Source: Octopus sinensis (lineage: Eukaryota). Taken from it: a stretch of DNA of 64,000 nucleotides. This document shows positions 40,432-53,759 of the stretch, one piece after another. A model generated the notes under the pieces. It was not told where the DNA came from. It searched no databases and worked only from the letters and a program-made list of their open reading frames with translations. The number at the start of each line of letters is the position of its first letter. Within the stretch, counting starts at the first letter, position 1. The translations under genes were made by a program, and so were the position numbers. The DNA lies in assembly GCF_006345805.1 (NCBI RefSeq), contig NC_042997.1, positions 151,342,001 through 151,406,000 of the forward strand, read 5' to 3'.

Positions 40432-41784
40432 TATGAAGGAAAAAAAATCGAAATCGATTATATGGAAAAGAAAACAAATGGTAGAAAATTCAATACGTGC
40501 GAAAGCTTTATATAAAGAAAACAATGAGAGTGAAGCAAGAAAATTCCACAAAAATATAAAGTACTGATGACAGAAGTATTATATAAAAGAAGAAAAAAAA
40601 CGAAAGCGAAAATAACATGGAAAGAAATTGAAAGAAAATCTCCCTCGTGTTGAAGTTTTCAAGAACGAATACGAAAGAATCTTAGACGGTAGGGGAGGGA
40701 AAGAGAGAAAAATATAAATGAATAATAAATAAAAAGAGGAAATAAGTGCCTCTAGAATAAGGAATTGAAGGAGACAAAAAGAATAGTTGATTTTGTGTTG
40801 TATTTGTTTGTTTCTTTGTTTTAATGTCCTTTTATATCGTTTTTTTTTTTAGAGGAAAAAATTAAAAGAAATATTCGCATTAGGTAAAGAGAGAGGGAAG
40901 TTGGCAAGAGTAGATGATGGAGAAGAAGAGAAATGGGTAGAAAATGTATTAAGATTTTATTTTATTTTTCTGTTTATTCATTTTCTTTTTTTTTTCACTT
41001 TTTTTTTCAAAGAACTAGGTGCTATAAGGAACAGAACAATGGCTGCAAAAGAAGATCTGAAAATACATCGAAGCTCTTAATGATGAGGTCGTCAGAATGG
41101 TTGAGCAATTATGATTTCATATCGATCTAAAGAGGTTAGAGTTAATTCGTGTTATGACTTATACAAGATATGCGCTAGGAGATTCTTTTATTTTCTTTAG
41201 CATCATTCATTGTTCTTAACTTATTTCTTTCCTTTCTTTTTCTGCTCTGGCATCTTCCTTTCCACGATAAAAGCTGGAAATAAAGACCGTGACGTCACTT
41301 TGACAATGTCAGCTTAGAAGAAAATAGGAACTGCATGAAAAGATAATTATGGTAAACTATTGATGAAAATGTCTTTTTTTTTTTGTCTTTTTCCTCTTTA
41401 TATAAACGAATCGTGGAAATAAAAACAAGTACAAAAACTTCGAGAAAATTGGATGAGATTATTAGGCTCTTTTTATAATGTTTTCAAAAGTAAATTGGGA
41501 AGAAAACAACATTAATATGCTTTCACCCATTTAACTATGATTTATCACGCGTATAGTGTCGTCGGTGTTATTTAATTTTTAAATAATTATTTTTCTCAAA
41601 GCCAACAAATATCATGTTTCTCAAGTGATTCCGTCGCTAATGATTATATCTTCGGTTGAAAAACTCCAATAAGCGTGAAACATGTCTTCACTTCTGCAGT
41701 GAGAAAGCAACGTATATCGCTGATTAACGAATGTTAGACTCACCCGCATGCACATTATGATGTTATTACGATTAAGATTATTAA

Positions 41785-41945
41785 GGGGACGAGCTCACGG
41801 AAAAAAAGGCATAGCGGCATTTCGTCCGTCTTTTCTGTCCGAGGTCAAATTCAGTTGAGGTCGAATCAGTAAACAATCATTTGTTTACTGTAGTCGATAT
41901 AATCGACTACCTACCTCCCCTAAATTTATGCCGATAGTAGAAGGA
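41785..41945 (+). mobile_element. degenerate SINE family A variant
   Basis: gacgagctcacgg...gcggcatttcgtccgtc...ggtcaaattc...gtcgatataatcgact. Confidence 0.6.
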
Positions 41946-41949
41946 ATTA

Positions 41950-42001
<52 letters not shown>

Positions 42002-43129
42002 GGGTGTACTATGTATATATTTTTATAAGCAGACGGAAAAAAACTAGAAAATGGCACTTCCAATGACATGGCGACTGAGAAAACCGGGGTTTTCCCCGAA
42101 TTAACCTTAGCGTACTGCTCCACTATTGTGGCTTATATACACATATTTAAACGTTATCAGTCGCGCATAAACGATGTATGTTTCGCTTATTAACCGAACT
42201 CGCTGAAGGATAGCGTTTAATGAGACTTCCAAATAATGCTGGAGGTTAAAACAACTGAACGTCATAGATTACGAGAGCCAACTGATCTCAGATCGAATCC
42301 AAAAGTGATGGATACAGATATTTCACAATTATTGTTTCTTGTCAACACTGCACACCTGGATCGAAACAAAGACAAGCTTAATGACCGTTCAATGACTATA
42401 TACACGTAGTGGAAAATTCATTTGATGATGTGTCATGGAGATGCACATATCAACGCAAACGAAGTTACAAATTATAAGCAGCTTTAGTAATGTGAACATT
42501 ATCGATTGCACATATACAGCAGATATGTTTTGCCCATTCGCCAAATTTGCTGCGAGATAATGTTTAAGGATACTCCTTAATAAAACTAAGTGTTAAAGCA
42601 GCTGAAAGTCATAGAGTGGGCGAAATTACTAGCCTCAGATCCATCACAAAATTGAGGGTTGAGGGATACAGATATTTCACCATTATTGTGGTTTGTCAAC
42701 ATCATGCGCTTGCATCCCCCGTATGTGACTAAATACGAATAGTGTGAAAACTATTTGATGAGGTACCACGACGATTCAGCACATCTTCAGTTCTATTCAA
42801 GTGCGTGATCTTGATAAGCCACATTAATGGCGAAGTATCGGGCTCGACGACTCCTGGATTCAATCCGAGGAGAGGTGATCTCTGATAATTGCTAAGAATT
42901 TTCAGCATGAAACAAATGGTAGCTTTGTTAATCCACAAATAAAGAATATTTATCCACCAATACAATATTGAGCACGCCTTCTCGATGTTGGATATAAGCG
43001 TGTATATGTATACTTGTGTTTCTGTGCGTGTTTTAGTTTGCATGTGTGTGTTTGTTTGGTTGTTTATGTGTGTATGTGTGCTTGCTTGTTTGCTTGTGCG
43101 TGTGTGTGTGTCTGTGTGTGTGTGCATCC

Positions 43130-43330
43130 TTTCTACAATAGGTACGAGATCTCTAATTATGGAGGTAGGGATTAGTTGATAACATTGATCTCAGTACTTG
43201 AGTGATAGTTTTTTCATCGATCAAGAATGGATGAAAGGTAAAGTCGACCTCTGTGGTACTGGAATTCAGAACGTAGAGATGGACGAAATGCCACCAAGAA
43301 ACTGGTTCGGCTTCTGACGTTTCCACCAGC
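43130..43330 (-). mobile_element. degenerate SINE family A variant
   Basis: ggatgaaaggtaaagtcgacctc...attcagaacgtagagatggacgaaatgcc. Confidence 0.65.
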
Positions 43331-43344
43331 CTACCGCTTACACT

Positions 43345-43378
<34 letters not shown>

Positions 43379-43454
43379 CTAATACACACATGCACACACG
43401 CACACGCACACTCTCTCACACACACATACAAACACATATACACACATGCACACA

Positions 43455-44319
43455 TGTATAATTTTATTCACTTAGCTTTACATGTTTACACTTATCGCCT
43501 TTAAAGTATTCTCTATTCGAAGCAATGCATCGGTCCTGGCGCGTTTTTCAATATTCCAGCATTACTGAAACTCTTGCGAAGTGATGCCTTTTAACGTCTT
43601 TTTTTCTTCACCTCCTCCACTTCTGCAAATTCCGTAACACCAGCTATCGACACAAGTGCTGACCTTCGAGAAAATCTCAGCATCAACTTCCAGCCGTTCT
43701 TGCAGTTCACGCCACCCATTCAGCTGTGACTGCTTTTGATCACCTGGAGCAAGCGAGACACACTTTTCTCTGCAACTCCTTTACTTCGCAATACCTCGCT
43801 CAAAATAGGTTACAATGAGCCCCAGGACACACCAGCCATATCAATAAGTTGGTCAGTTTTTTGGCGACGGTCTTTCAAGATAAGTTCATAAATGTTCATG
43901 GTGTTGTCATTCATTCGATACGTCAACGGTCGTCCTGAACGAGATTGGACTTCAAGCGACAAGTGACCATTCCTAAAACGCGGAGACCACTCGTAAGCTT
44001 GTGTTTTGCTCATGGCAGCGTCCTTCTAAGCTGTTTGAAGCATGACAACTGTTTTGGCCGCCGTTTTCCCAAGCAGAACTTACAATTTCACGGAAATACG
44101 CTTTGTTTTTTATTTCGTTTCAGTCATCGCAAAAATCGATGAAAACGGGAGAATCACTGCAAAACAAAGACGCACCACGTGGCAGTAAGACCACACTCGA
44201 CGACGCCGGTCGGCAAACTAATACTTGAGGGTCACATCAGGTAGCTTCTAGCGGCAGAAACCTGAACTACAACGGGTTTGTCGCACAGAAAACTTTTCCG
44301 ATTACTTTTGGTAACCCCT
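43455..44319 (-). mobile_element. internally deleted mariner transposon
   Basis: Minus-strand MSKTQAYEWSPRFRNG...SRSGRP (mariner HTH), a C-terminal remnant at 43480-43640, and a TIR-like aggggttaccaaaagt at the 44319 end. Confidence 0.8.
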
Positions 44320-44380
44320 TTTGCGTGTGTGTCTATATATATGTGTGTGTGTCTGAGTGTGTGTAGAAATATATATAAAT

Positions 44381-44736
44381 AGCTTGCTTATGAACCACAT
44401 GGTTCCGGGTTAAGTCCCACTGCGTGGCACCTTGGGCAAGTGTCTTCTACTATAGCCTCGGGCCGACCAAAGACTTGTGAGTGGATTTGGTAGGCAGAAA
44501 CTGAAAGAATCCCGTCGTATATGTGTATATATATTTGTGTGTGTGTGTTTGTGTGTGTGTTTGTGCCCCCAAAATCGCTTGACAACAGTAACTTAGCGGT
44601 TTGGCAAAAGAGACCGATAGAATAAGTGCTAGGCTTACAAAGAATAAGTCCTGCGGTCGATCTACTCGACTATAGATGGTGCTTCAGCATGGCCTCAATC
44701 AAATGACTGAAACAAGTAAAAGAGTAAAGAGTAAGA
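44381..44736 (+). mobile_element. SINE family B
   Basis: Collinear with 36151-36542; the 5' few bases are missing. Confidence 0.9.
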
Positions 44737-45329
44737 GTAATATATATATATTCATATAAACATACACATACATACATACATACATACATACACACATACA
44801 TTTATACACATGTACATACAAACATAAATATATATAGATAAATGATATTTTGATATATCTGTATGTACTTTTAGATATTTCCTTTTGGTTCATACTTGCT
44901 TCTATAGTCGCCTGTGTGTAAATATACGTCTATCTGCATCAATGTTTTATATACATAATGCGTATCTCTTCTGTTTGTAGTTGAACGTACATTGATATTA
45001 ACACTCACCAAAGGATATTGTCTGACTGTTTGATAAGAATTTGAACATCGGTATAGCAACAAAGAAATGAAGTCGTTTGCAGGCAACAAGCCAAGTCACC
45101 CGTCAGATTTCAGAGATTGATAAAAGAACTACGAGATAAACTGGCTTCCCAAAAGTCGTGTATTGACTCATTGCCGTTATCGCCTTTTAATTATAACTAC
45201 ACCGAATAATCTTGATTTCTGGCCAGGTTTCGCGTAGTTACTTGTATAGCCAGATTTCCAAAAACAGCAGGAATCACTTCGGGTGACATTTTCACAGCAT
45301 TGTGTTCCTGTTGTTGGTGAATTTGTCAT

Positions 45330-45523
<194 letters not shown>

Positions 45524-45950
45524 TAAGAAAAAACCTGAATAGTCTGGAACAAAATGTCCTGCGGTATTTAGTGTTTCAGCTCTTTTCAATCAATATTTCA
45601 GTTTTTGTCGAGCTCGAATTCATTTTTCACCCCTCCAGGGCCAAGACAATGGTGAAGAGGACTAGTCCGTCTATCAATTTAATCATTTGATTCCACCTCC
45701 AAATGTGTAGCATTCTGCTTGTATTAGGAATGTGTATCATTTGCATTAAAACTGATAGATTTGCAGGATTGGTAGTGAAACGTACAAATTGTCTACTGAT
45801 AGTTAGTCATGGATATTTACACTATGAGTTCGAATAGTGCTAAAATCCAAATCTGCTACTCATTTTTAAGAATTTCAATAAAATTAATAACGTGAGCGTA
45901 CTGATAACGATTCGATGGTCTTCTTCGACACCAGATGTGTGATATTGTGG

Positions 45951-46158
45951 CCACGCCGGGCGAAATGCGTAGCCGTATTTCATCTGCCGTTACGTTCTGA
46001 GTTCAAATTCCGCCGAGGTCGACTTTGCCTTTCATCCTTTCGGGGTCGATAAATTAAGTACCAGTTACGCACTGGGGTCGATGTAATCGACTTAATCCGT
46101 TTGTCTGTCCTTGTTTGTCCCCTTTATGTTTAGCCCCTTGTGGGTAATAAAGAAACAG
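45951..46158 (+). mobile_element. young SINE family A, 5'-clipped
   Basis: Near-identical to 18085-18316. Confidence 0.9.
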
Positions 46159-46339
46159 ATATCTTGCACTTTCTACAAACAATCTTCGTACATTTTATTC
46201 GTAACCTCACTGGAGTCAAATAATTCATTTTATATCTCTCAATACAGTAAAGTATTATTGATAGAATCAACAGCTCCTTTCCAAAAGTTTTAGGTGTAGT
46301 GACTAAAATTGAATGGATTATCATTATTATTATTATTGC

Positions 46340-46490
46340 TAAGGCGGTGAGCTGGCAGAGTCGTTAGCACTCTGACAAAATGCTTAGCGCTATTTTGCCT
46401 GTTGTTACATTTTGAGTTCAAATTCCGCTATGGTCGACTTTGACTTTCTTCCTTTGGAGGCCGATAAATTAAGTACCAGTGAAAGAATGG
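46340..46490 (+). mobile_element. SINE family A variant, 3'-truncated
   Basis: aaggcggtgagctggcagagtcgttagcac...gagttcaaattccgc. Confidence 0.8.
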
Positions 46491-46870
46491 ATTATTACCG
46501 AAAAAAGTATTATTATTGTTATTCGACATTTGATAGTTTCACACAAATTTCTACTGCATCACCTTCTAAACATCCGAATGACAGCGGAGTGTGCAGCTTT
46601 GTGTATTTCGATACTGTATTGCATCAGTTTGTTTTCCTGTAAGATTTGGCTTGAGTCTTTTCTTATATGTTTCTGTTGCATATTTTATGTGTATCACAAG
46701 TTGTGTTCTTCTGTTTGGTTATCCGAGCTCTAAAGTATGTTGTGGCATTTGTTTATTTTATAGATTATTTAGTGTACAGAGTGTGTGTTGTGTTTGTGGA
46801 TTGTTTTATTTGGCTTGTACTATGGAATTGTTCGTGCCCTGCGTAGGATGTGGGCTCTTCCTATTGTTAC

Positions 46871-47300
46871 TGGTGAGCCAGCAGAATTGTTAGAACACCG
46901 AAAGGTGGCGAGCTGGCAGAAACGTTAGCACGCCGGGCGAAATGCTTAGCGATATTTCGTCTGCCGTTACGTTCTGAGTTCAAATTCCGCCGAGGTCGAG
47001 TTTGCCTTTCATGCTTTCGGGGTCGATTAAATAAGTACCAGTTACGCACTGGGGTTGATATAATCGACTTAATCCGTTTGTCTGTCCTTCTTTGTCCTCT
47101 CTGTGTGTAGCCCCTTGTGAGCAGTAAAGAAATAAGAATCGTTAGAAGGCCGAATAATATGATTAGGGGCATTTCGTCTGCTTTTATGGTTTGAGTTAAA
47201 ATTCCGCCAATGTTGACGTTGCTCTTCATAGTTTCGAGGATGATGAAAGAATTACGAGTTGATCATTAAGGTTGAAGTAATCGACTTCTCCACTACTCCG
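46871..47300 (+). mobile_element. young SINE A (46901-47134) nested in the head of an older SINE A
   Basis: Host head at 46871-46900 resumes at 47135. Imperfect 18-bp TSD agaattgttagaacaccg / agaatcgttagaaggccg. Confidence 0.8.
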
Positions 47301-47379
47301 AACACAGTGGCTGGTACGAAAATTGGAAAGCATAATTATTTTTTGTTTTTCATTTACACTCAAGAGAGTTGAAAAATAA

Positions 47380-50300
47380 CTCCTAACGTCGGCCTATTAT
47401 ATGTAATCTCATATGTCAAGAACCTCCCTACGTTATCTTGCTGTCTCCAATAATACTGCTTTCTGGAGTATTACTAAACTAGATTTTATGCCTTTTTCCT
47501 CTGTCCATCTGTTCAGATCTTCAAGAAAAGTTCCTAATTTATCTATAACTACTGGGATACATTTATCCGCAATTTTCATAGCACCTATAAAACAATATTT
47601 AGGTGCCAATACTTTGCAATTTTATCTCTATCTCTCATATTGACTTGCTCATCATTTAGGAATGTAAAGTCAATTACCTGGCACATTTTATTGCCTTTGT
47701 CTACTACTACTAAGTCAGGCTTTCTAGTTTCGATTACGCTGTCAGTCTGAATGCTACAATCCCACGCCTTATATTTCTTAGATTGTAACACCATACTAGG
47801 TTAATGTCCACACATTTATCCGTATTTATCTGTAGACATCCGAGGTTTCTACATAATTCCCCGTGGATTATTCTCTCTCCGTTGTCATGTCTTTTCTTAG
47901 ATTCATTCTGTGTCAGCACGCTACTTTCACAAACTATATCAGAAACAGTTTCTTCCTTTGATTTACATAACCTGTACTGGAATTCAACCTCATTTCTGCC
48001 TCTATTGGCTTTTATCCAGTTCCTAACATTGTGCTGCTGCAAAAACTTTCTACGTCCCTTTTCAGCCTTCATTTCTGCAACCACAACATGTATCAGTATT
48101 ACTATTTTCTGCAACTGTCTTTGGAAATCTACCATGCAAAGGCTTCTCTTTCCAGTCAGATAATCTTTTTTTTTTTGTTTTGTTTTTAACAATAGCTGGC
48201 TTTTTGATTTCTCTATCTCCTGCTGTTACACTAGCAGCTCATAATAAAATTTCCTCTTACCTGTACAGGAAACAATATCTGCTCCAGCTAATTCTACTCA
48301 ATCTTCTATTGATATTAAACCTCTTCAAGGCGGTGAGTTAGCAGAATCATTAGCACGCCGGGCGAAATGTTTAGCGGTATTAACGCGGCGAGCTGGCAGA
48401 AACGTTAGCACACCGGGCGAAATGCGTAGCCGTATTTCGTCTGCCGTTACGTTCTGTGTTCAAATTCCGCCAAGGTCGACTTTGCCTTTCATCCTTTCGG
48501 GGTCGATAAATTAAGTACCAGTTACGCACTGGGGTTGATGTAATCGACTTAATCCGTTTGTCTGTCCTTGTTTGTCCCCTCTGTGTTTAGCCCCTTGTGG
48601 GTAGTAAAGAAATAGGTATTTCCTCTATCTTTACGTTCTGAGTTCAAGTTCCGCCGAGGTCGACTTTGCCTTTCATCCCTTCGAGGTCGATAAATTAAGC
48701 ACCAGTTGCTTCTGGGGTAGATCTAATCAACTGGTACCCTCCCCAAAACGTGCGGACCTTGTGCATCAAGTAGATAGGGACGAGCTGGCAGAACGTTAGC
48801 ACGCCGGGCGAAATGCTTAGCGATATTTCGTCTGCCGCTACGTTTTGAGTTCAAATTCCGTTGAAGTCGACTTTGCCTTTCATCCTTTCGGGGTCGATTA
48901 AATAACTACCAGTTACGCACTGGGGTCTATATAATCGACTTAATCCGTTTGTCTGTCCTTGTTTGTCCTCTCTGTTTAGCCCCTTGTGGGTAGTAAAGAA
49001 ATAAGTATTTCGTCTGTCTTTACGTTCTGTGTTCAAATTCTACCGAAGTCGAATGTACTTTTCATCCTTTCGGGGTCGAGAAATTAAGGACCAGTTGCGT
49101 ACTGGGGTCGACCTAATCGACTGGTCCCTTCGCACCAAATGTCAGGCTTTGTGCCTGTAGTAGAAAGTTTATCAAACCGTTTTCTTTCTAGGTGTATATA
49201 ATCTTGCTAGTTCTGCCCTTGGATGAAGTCCTCCTTTCATATTGAACTAGTTCCCTAGTTCTTCTATCTAGGTTTGTTAATTTAAATTTTTCTCAGTCTA
49301 CAAAAGCTGCTTAACAATACTGCCCACATATTTATATCCTTCACTAGATTTGGACCATTTAACTTTGAATTCATTAGCTTCCTCACCCTTCTGATGTGCT
49401 CAACTCAATTTTCGTTTTAGTTTCCTTAGTTGGTACTTTATCAAATTCTAATAAACTTAGTTGTAACTTTCTCCTTCTTTCAGTGATCTTAATGTGTGAC
49501 CGACCACTTAGTAAGTGAATACCTTCACTGCTGACTATCTGTCCTTTTTCATCACTAATATTGTGCACTCATCTCATTTTATATTCTTTCTATCAAGCTT
49601 CAAATGGTCCCAGTTCAGTAAATGGTTAATTTTTCTTTAGTAAATATTCATCCTTTGCCTTTCTGAATTCTAAACGCAAATATTAAAGGGGTAAGGCGTC
49701 TCCCCGGAAAACATTTTCTCTGCATATCAACTTTCCTTAAGGTTGTATCACCCAAGTAAACATCGACTTTCCATTTCTTAACGCTAAACTAATGACATAC
49801 ATATGTTGTCTGCAATATTGTATATTCTCAAACAATCACTTGCCCATAAGTGTAGAATCCTGTCATAGGCTTTCTTATAACCTGTCCATGCTATTTTTGA
49901 TTATTTTTCTTAGATTTCACTTCTTTTAGAACTTACTTGCCTATGTATAATAGACCGTGCGTTCCTCTAGCCTTCTTTCTGCAAACATTTCTTTCTTCAA
50001 GAAGTTAATTCTAGATGTCAAAGTGTTCATACGTGCTTTAAGAGAGTGTTCCTGTTGACAGCTTCCACACTAATGGTAAGCAAGTGATTGGTTCATAATT
50101 ACTAGCTGTGTTGGTCTTGCTTTCGTCTTCCATAAGGCGTACTCCTTTCCGTCTAGTCATCCAATTATGTATGCCTCTTTTCCCTCAGTCTCCCATGTAA
50201 GCAACTAAATTTCTTTAAATAAATCTCATCCTGTACTCTTCCACTTCAGCATTCTTCCTAAAAGGTCGCACATTACTCATTAAGACACTAGTTAGTTTTT

Positions 50301-50660
50301 TAGATCTGGCTGCTTCTCGCTAACTACTTCTTCCACCATTTCATTTACTGTGCTGCACCTCCATTATAATTTACTGGCTTATCTCGAATATCACCCCAGA
50401 GCTTTCAAGCCTTCTCTGCATTAGACTTCTCATCTTCAGGAATTTCTTCAACACTATTCATTTAGCAATAAAATCTTCCTTTGCTCTGTTTCGAACAATC
50501 TCTTCTGTTGATACTGATTCATTCTTTTTCTGAGATTTAGAAAGCTTATGCTAAGAGGTGAAGTGAAATGCAACTGTGCGTATCCTGAGTAGTAATATTT
50601 TCTGGTTTTAGATTGTAGCATGTGAGCCACTGGTGGACAATTGCATGGTCTAAACCAGGT
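47380..50660 (-). mobile_element. R4/Dong-clade (RLE-type) non-LTR retrotransposon, degenerate, interrupted by SINE cluster
   Basis: Minus-strand remnants include YKKAYD and FRGDAL (RT), a degenerate CCHC (RLCKSKEETVSDIVCE), RKPDLVVVDK...VIDF (PD..D nuclease) and C-terminal LQKAVLLETAR. Confidence 0.85.
48327..49170 (+). mobile_element. cluster of nested/tandem SINE family A copies
   Basis: Young copy 48382-48614 with TSD GGTATT sits inside an older copy. A second young copy at ~48779-49005 is followed by an older body. Confidence 0.9.
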
Positions 50661-50719
50661 TCTGTAGCTAAGGTCCAACTACACACCACGACAGTTAAGG
50701 TTCAACTAAGGTCCAAGCG

Positions 50720-51170
50720 TTAAGGTCCAACTATGAAGTGCAGTATAGACAACACTACCGATAACGGCAAATGCAGAATGTGTAGTGAGAGGGATAAAAC
50801 GGTATGGCATATCGTTAGCGAATGCCCGAAATGGGCACAACGTGAATACAAAAGACGTCATAACAATGTGGCAAGAATGATCAATTGGGAGCTCCGTTGA
50901 AAATTACGGCCTGCAAAGAGCAGAGACGTGGTATGAGAAAACTCCCGAATGAATAACCGAAAATGTGAATTGCAAAATCCTGTGAGATGCATGAGAAAGA
51001 AGAAAAAATAAACACCTATGATGATTTGAAGTGGGAAATGCGAAGGTTGTGGTCAAGGAAGAGAGTAGACTTGATACCTATAGTAATTGGTACACTTGGT
51101 AATATCAGCACACTACGACGGACATGACTGAAAAAGATAGGTGCAAGTGGGAAGGTAGAACTTTCCAACA
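50720..51170 (+). mobile_element. second R4/Dong-clade 3' fragment, head-to-head with the first
   Basis: CRMCSERDKTVWHIVSEC (C-x2-C-x8-H-x4-C), EYKRRHNNVARMI, DLKWEMRRLW...IPIVIGTLG. Runs into an AAT-rich array. Confidence 0.85.
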
Positions 51171-51261
51171 TACCCAGCAAAATAAGTAGTGAATGTTCAT
51201 ATCATAATAATAAAAGTAAAAATAATAATTCTAATAATAATAATAACGATGATGATGATGA

Positions 51262-51782
51262 ATGCCCTGATACAGTACCAGACTTCTGATTCGAAGTGTT
51301 ATCATCTCCATGTTTTGTCTTGGTATAAAAGATGGGCTACAACAGATATACTGCTCAATACTACAGATTTGCTTTTCAGTTGTTTGACCGTAACTATCTG
51401 AGCATGTCCCTTGGTGGCTGACGATATCTGGATCTCTGAGCTCGAACAGGAATTGTGGGAAACCCACATAGCCATGTGTTAAGAGGAACTCTTTGGAGTT
51501 TGAATAATTCACCTCTGGAAATATGGGTGTTTCGTTTAACATACTTAAACAAACCTTATTCAGGGACCTTGTGAGCAGGATGATCTACTCGACCTATAGA
51601 AAACTGGGTTCTCACCTGCAAGGTCATGCACTGTTTATCTTTATGAGATCATGTTGCACACACATGGTTGTGATACATGTGTCTGTGGTACCCTGATCAG
51701 ATTGGTTGAAATGACGACTATATTGGGTTTCAGATATCGGTACCCCAGTGTCACTTTGATGGCATGTGTTGCTCTATCCCTC
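51262..51782 (+). mobile_element. (AAT)n-anchored interspersed element (family D), longer copy
   Basis: Homologous to 31083-31467 and extends ~140 bp further 5'. AAT/GAT arrays lie on both sides. No A/B boxes or ORF seen. Confidence 0.8.
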
Positions 51783-51837
51783 AATAATAATAATAATAAT
51801 GATAATAATATCAACAAAAACAACAATATGAATAACA

Positions 51838-51869
<32 letters not shown>

Positions 51870-51895
51870 TATATATAATATATATATATATATAT

Positions 51896-51973
<78 letters not shown>

Positions 51974-53759
51974 TATGTATATTTACATACATACATACAC
52001 ATAATAGGAGACAAAGTGAGGGTAAGCAGAGAGATGGATAAATAGATTGACTGAGAGATACATATTTGGACATTAGGTGACAGAGTCAAATAGATAGACA
52101 GACAGATAGATTGATAATAATATTTCGTTGCCTTCTGAAAAGATTCAGGAAATAATCATATTGTTCTTGATATCAGACGCCTAATAATATGTTAATCAAT
52201 GAATTGCGCAATTACTTCTATTCCTTAAAATAAAATAAAAAATCTCTGAATCACAATTTCTTTTCCGTTACAACTTCACTGATATCAATCAGCGCGTTAC
52301 ATGTATTGAAATAAGCTTTACATTCTGTCTAAAACTGAGACGAATTTAAATGCGATGAAGACAGCTACAATTATATATGAAAAATAATTAGGCCGTGTAT
52401 TTCCTGTTATTCGTTATAATTATAATGTATTTACATATTATACACCTGATTAGGTAATAACAATGTTGACACATAGTAATTAGGAATTTAATTAAAATAT
52501 TTTCTGTATCGAACTTCAGTAATGATAATATTGCACTGATTTTTTATAACTTCATTTTAGTGATAAACTGTCTGCACCCCGTGCCGTCAAGAATGGCGGC
52601 TAATTGTAGTAATTTATTGCTGACTAAATACAAGAGCTGGTAAGTAAATACCAAATACACAGAGTTGAAACGCTGTTCGATTTTTCTTTTCTGCGATGAA
52701 TGTTAACCATCCCACTCCCATTGCACTCATACGTACACATACACAAACACGCACGCACGCACACATTCATATACCTCCCTTTTACAAACACACACACGCA
52801 CATATTCACAGAGTTGAAACGCTGTTCGATTTATTTTTCAGCGTACAATTTTCATCATCCCACTACCAAGTATGAAAACACCCCTTCCTTCCTTATACAT
52901 CTATCACCCCTGCCTTTCTCATTCATAAACACAAAAGTAATATTATAGTAGATTATCGTGCTAACAATGAGAGTTATGAAAAACTACAAAACCCACCAAC
53001 ACCACCGGATCCTTTTACACGTGTAATTTTTCGCTCAATTCCACCCAGCTGTTTGACCGTGAATCCCAAGACAATAAAATATGCAAGAAAGTATCGCCTA
53101 CGTGAAATTTATATGTATAGACAAGTCCATATTTTTTCTAGTAACCACCAGATTGTGATGAAATATAATGAAATCATTCTTGTTTTTATAGCGCTGATAT
53201 CGAAGTAGTTTCGTGAAGTTTTATTAGCAAAAATATTTTAAATGCTCTACAAAAGAAGCAGTTACGAACTAAAATTCTTAGCCACTGGATCACATCTAAG
53301 CCTACTTTAAACGATATATTTTTCCAATAAAGAAAATATAATTAAATAATATTTATTAGCTGTGATGCAATATGAAGCCACCTGCAGCGCATTTACGTTC
53401 TTTAGTAACTATTTCTTTATGGCTCTGAGAAAATTTAAGTTAACTATACCATATTAAAAGAAAAACAAAGGGAAAAAATTAATTGCCACAACTCAATTTG
53501 TCTTTTTTCGTGCAATCATAATTTTCTACATTTTAAAAATGGAATTTAGAAATTTCATATATATCTACATAGGAGAGTGGGCGGAAAACTTCATTAGCTG
53601 ACTATGAAGGAGTGATGATAGAATCTTGCATGAATTAATTTCAAATATTTGTATTAATAGATGCATTGTTTCTTTTCAGATAAACTGATTAAAGAAAACT
53701 TCGTGACTAGTAGCAGCTTCGTTTGAAAATTAATAAAATTTGATATCATGCAGTTAATA

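Noticed and set aside
41285-42090. CRE palindrome (gtgacgtcac) and YY1-like ATGGC motifs as a promoter
   Set aside because: Isolated short motifs are expected by chance, and there is no associated exon or CpG island.
42180-42705. Diverged ~355-bp-period direct duplication
   Set aside because: Real but old and patchy, with no structure or coding signal. Treated as ordinary local duplication.
45951-49170. Regularly recurring conserved blocks resembling a CRISPR-like array
   Set aside because: Repeats are 150-230-bp SINE bodies with A/B boxes and TSDs, irregularly spaced. This is eukaryotic DNA with no cas genes.
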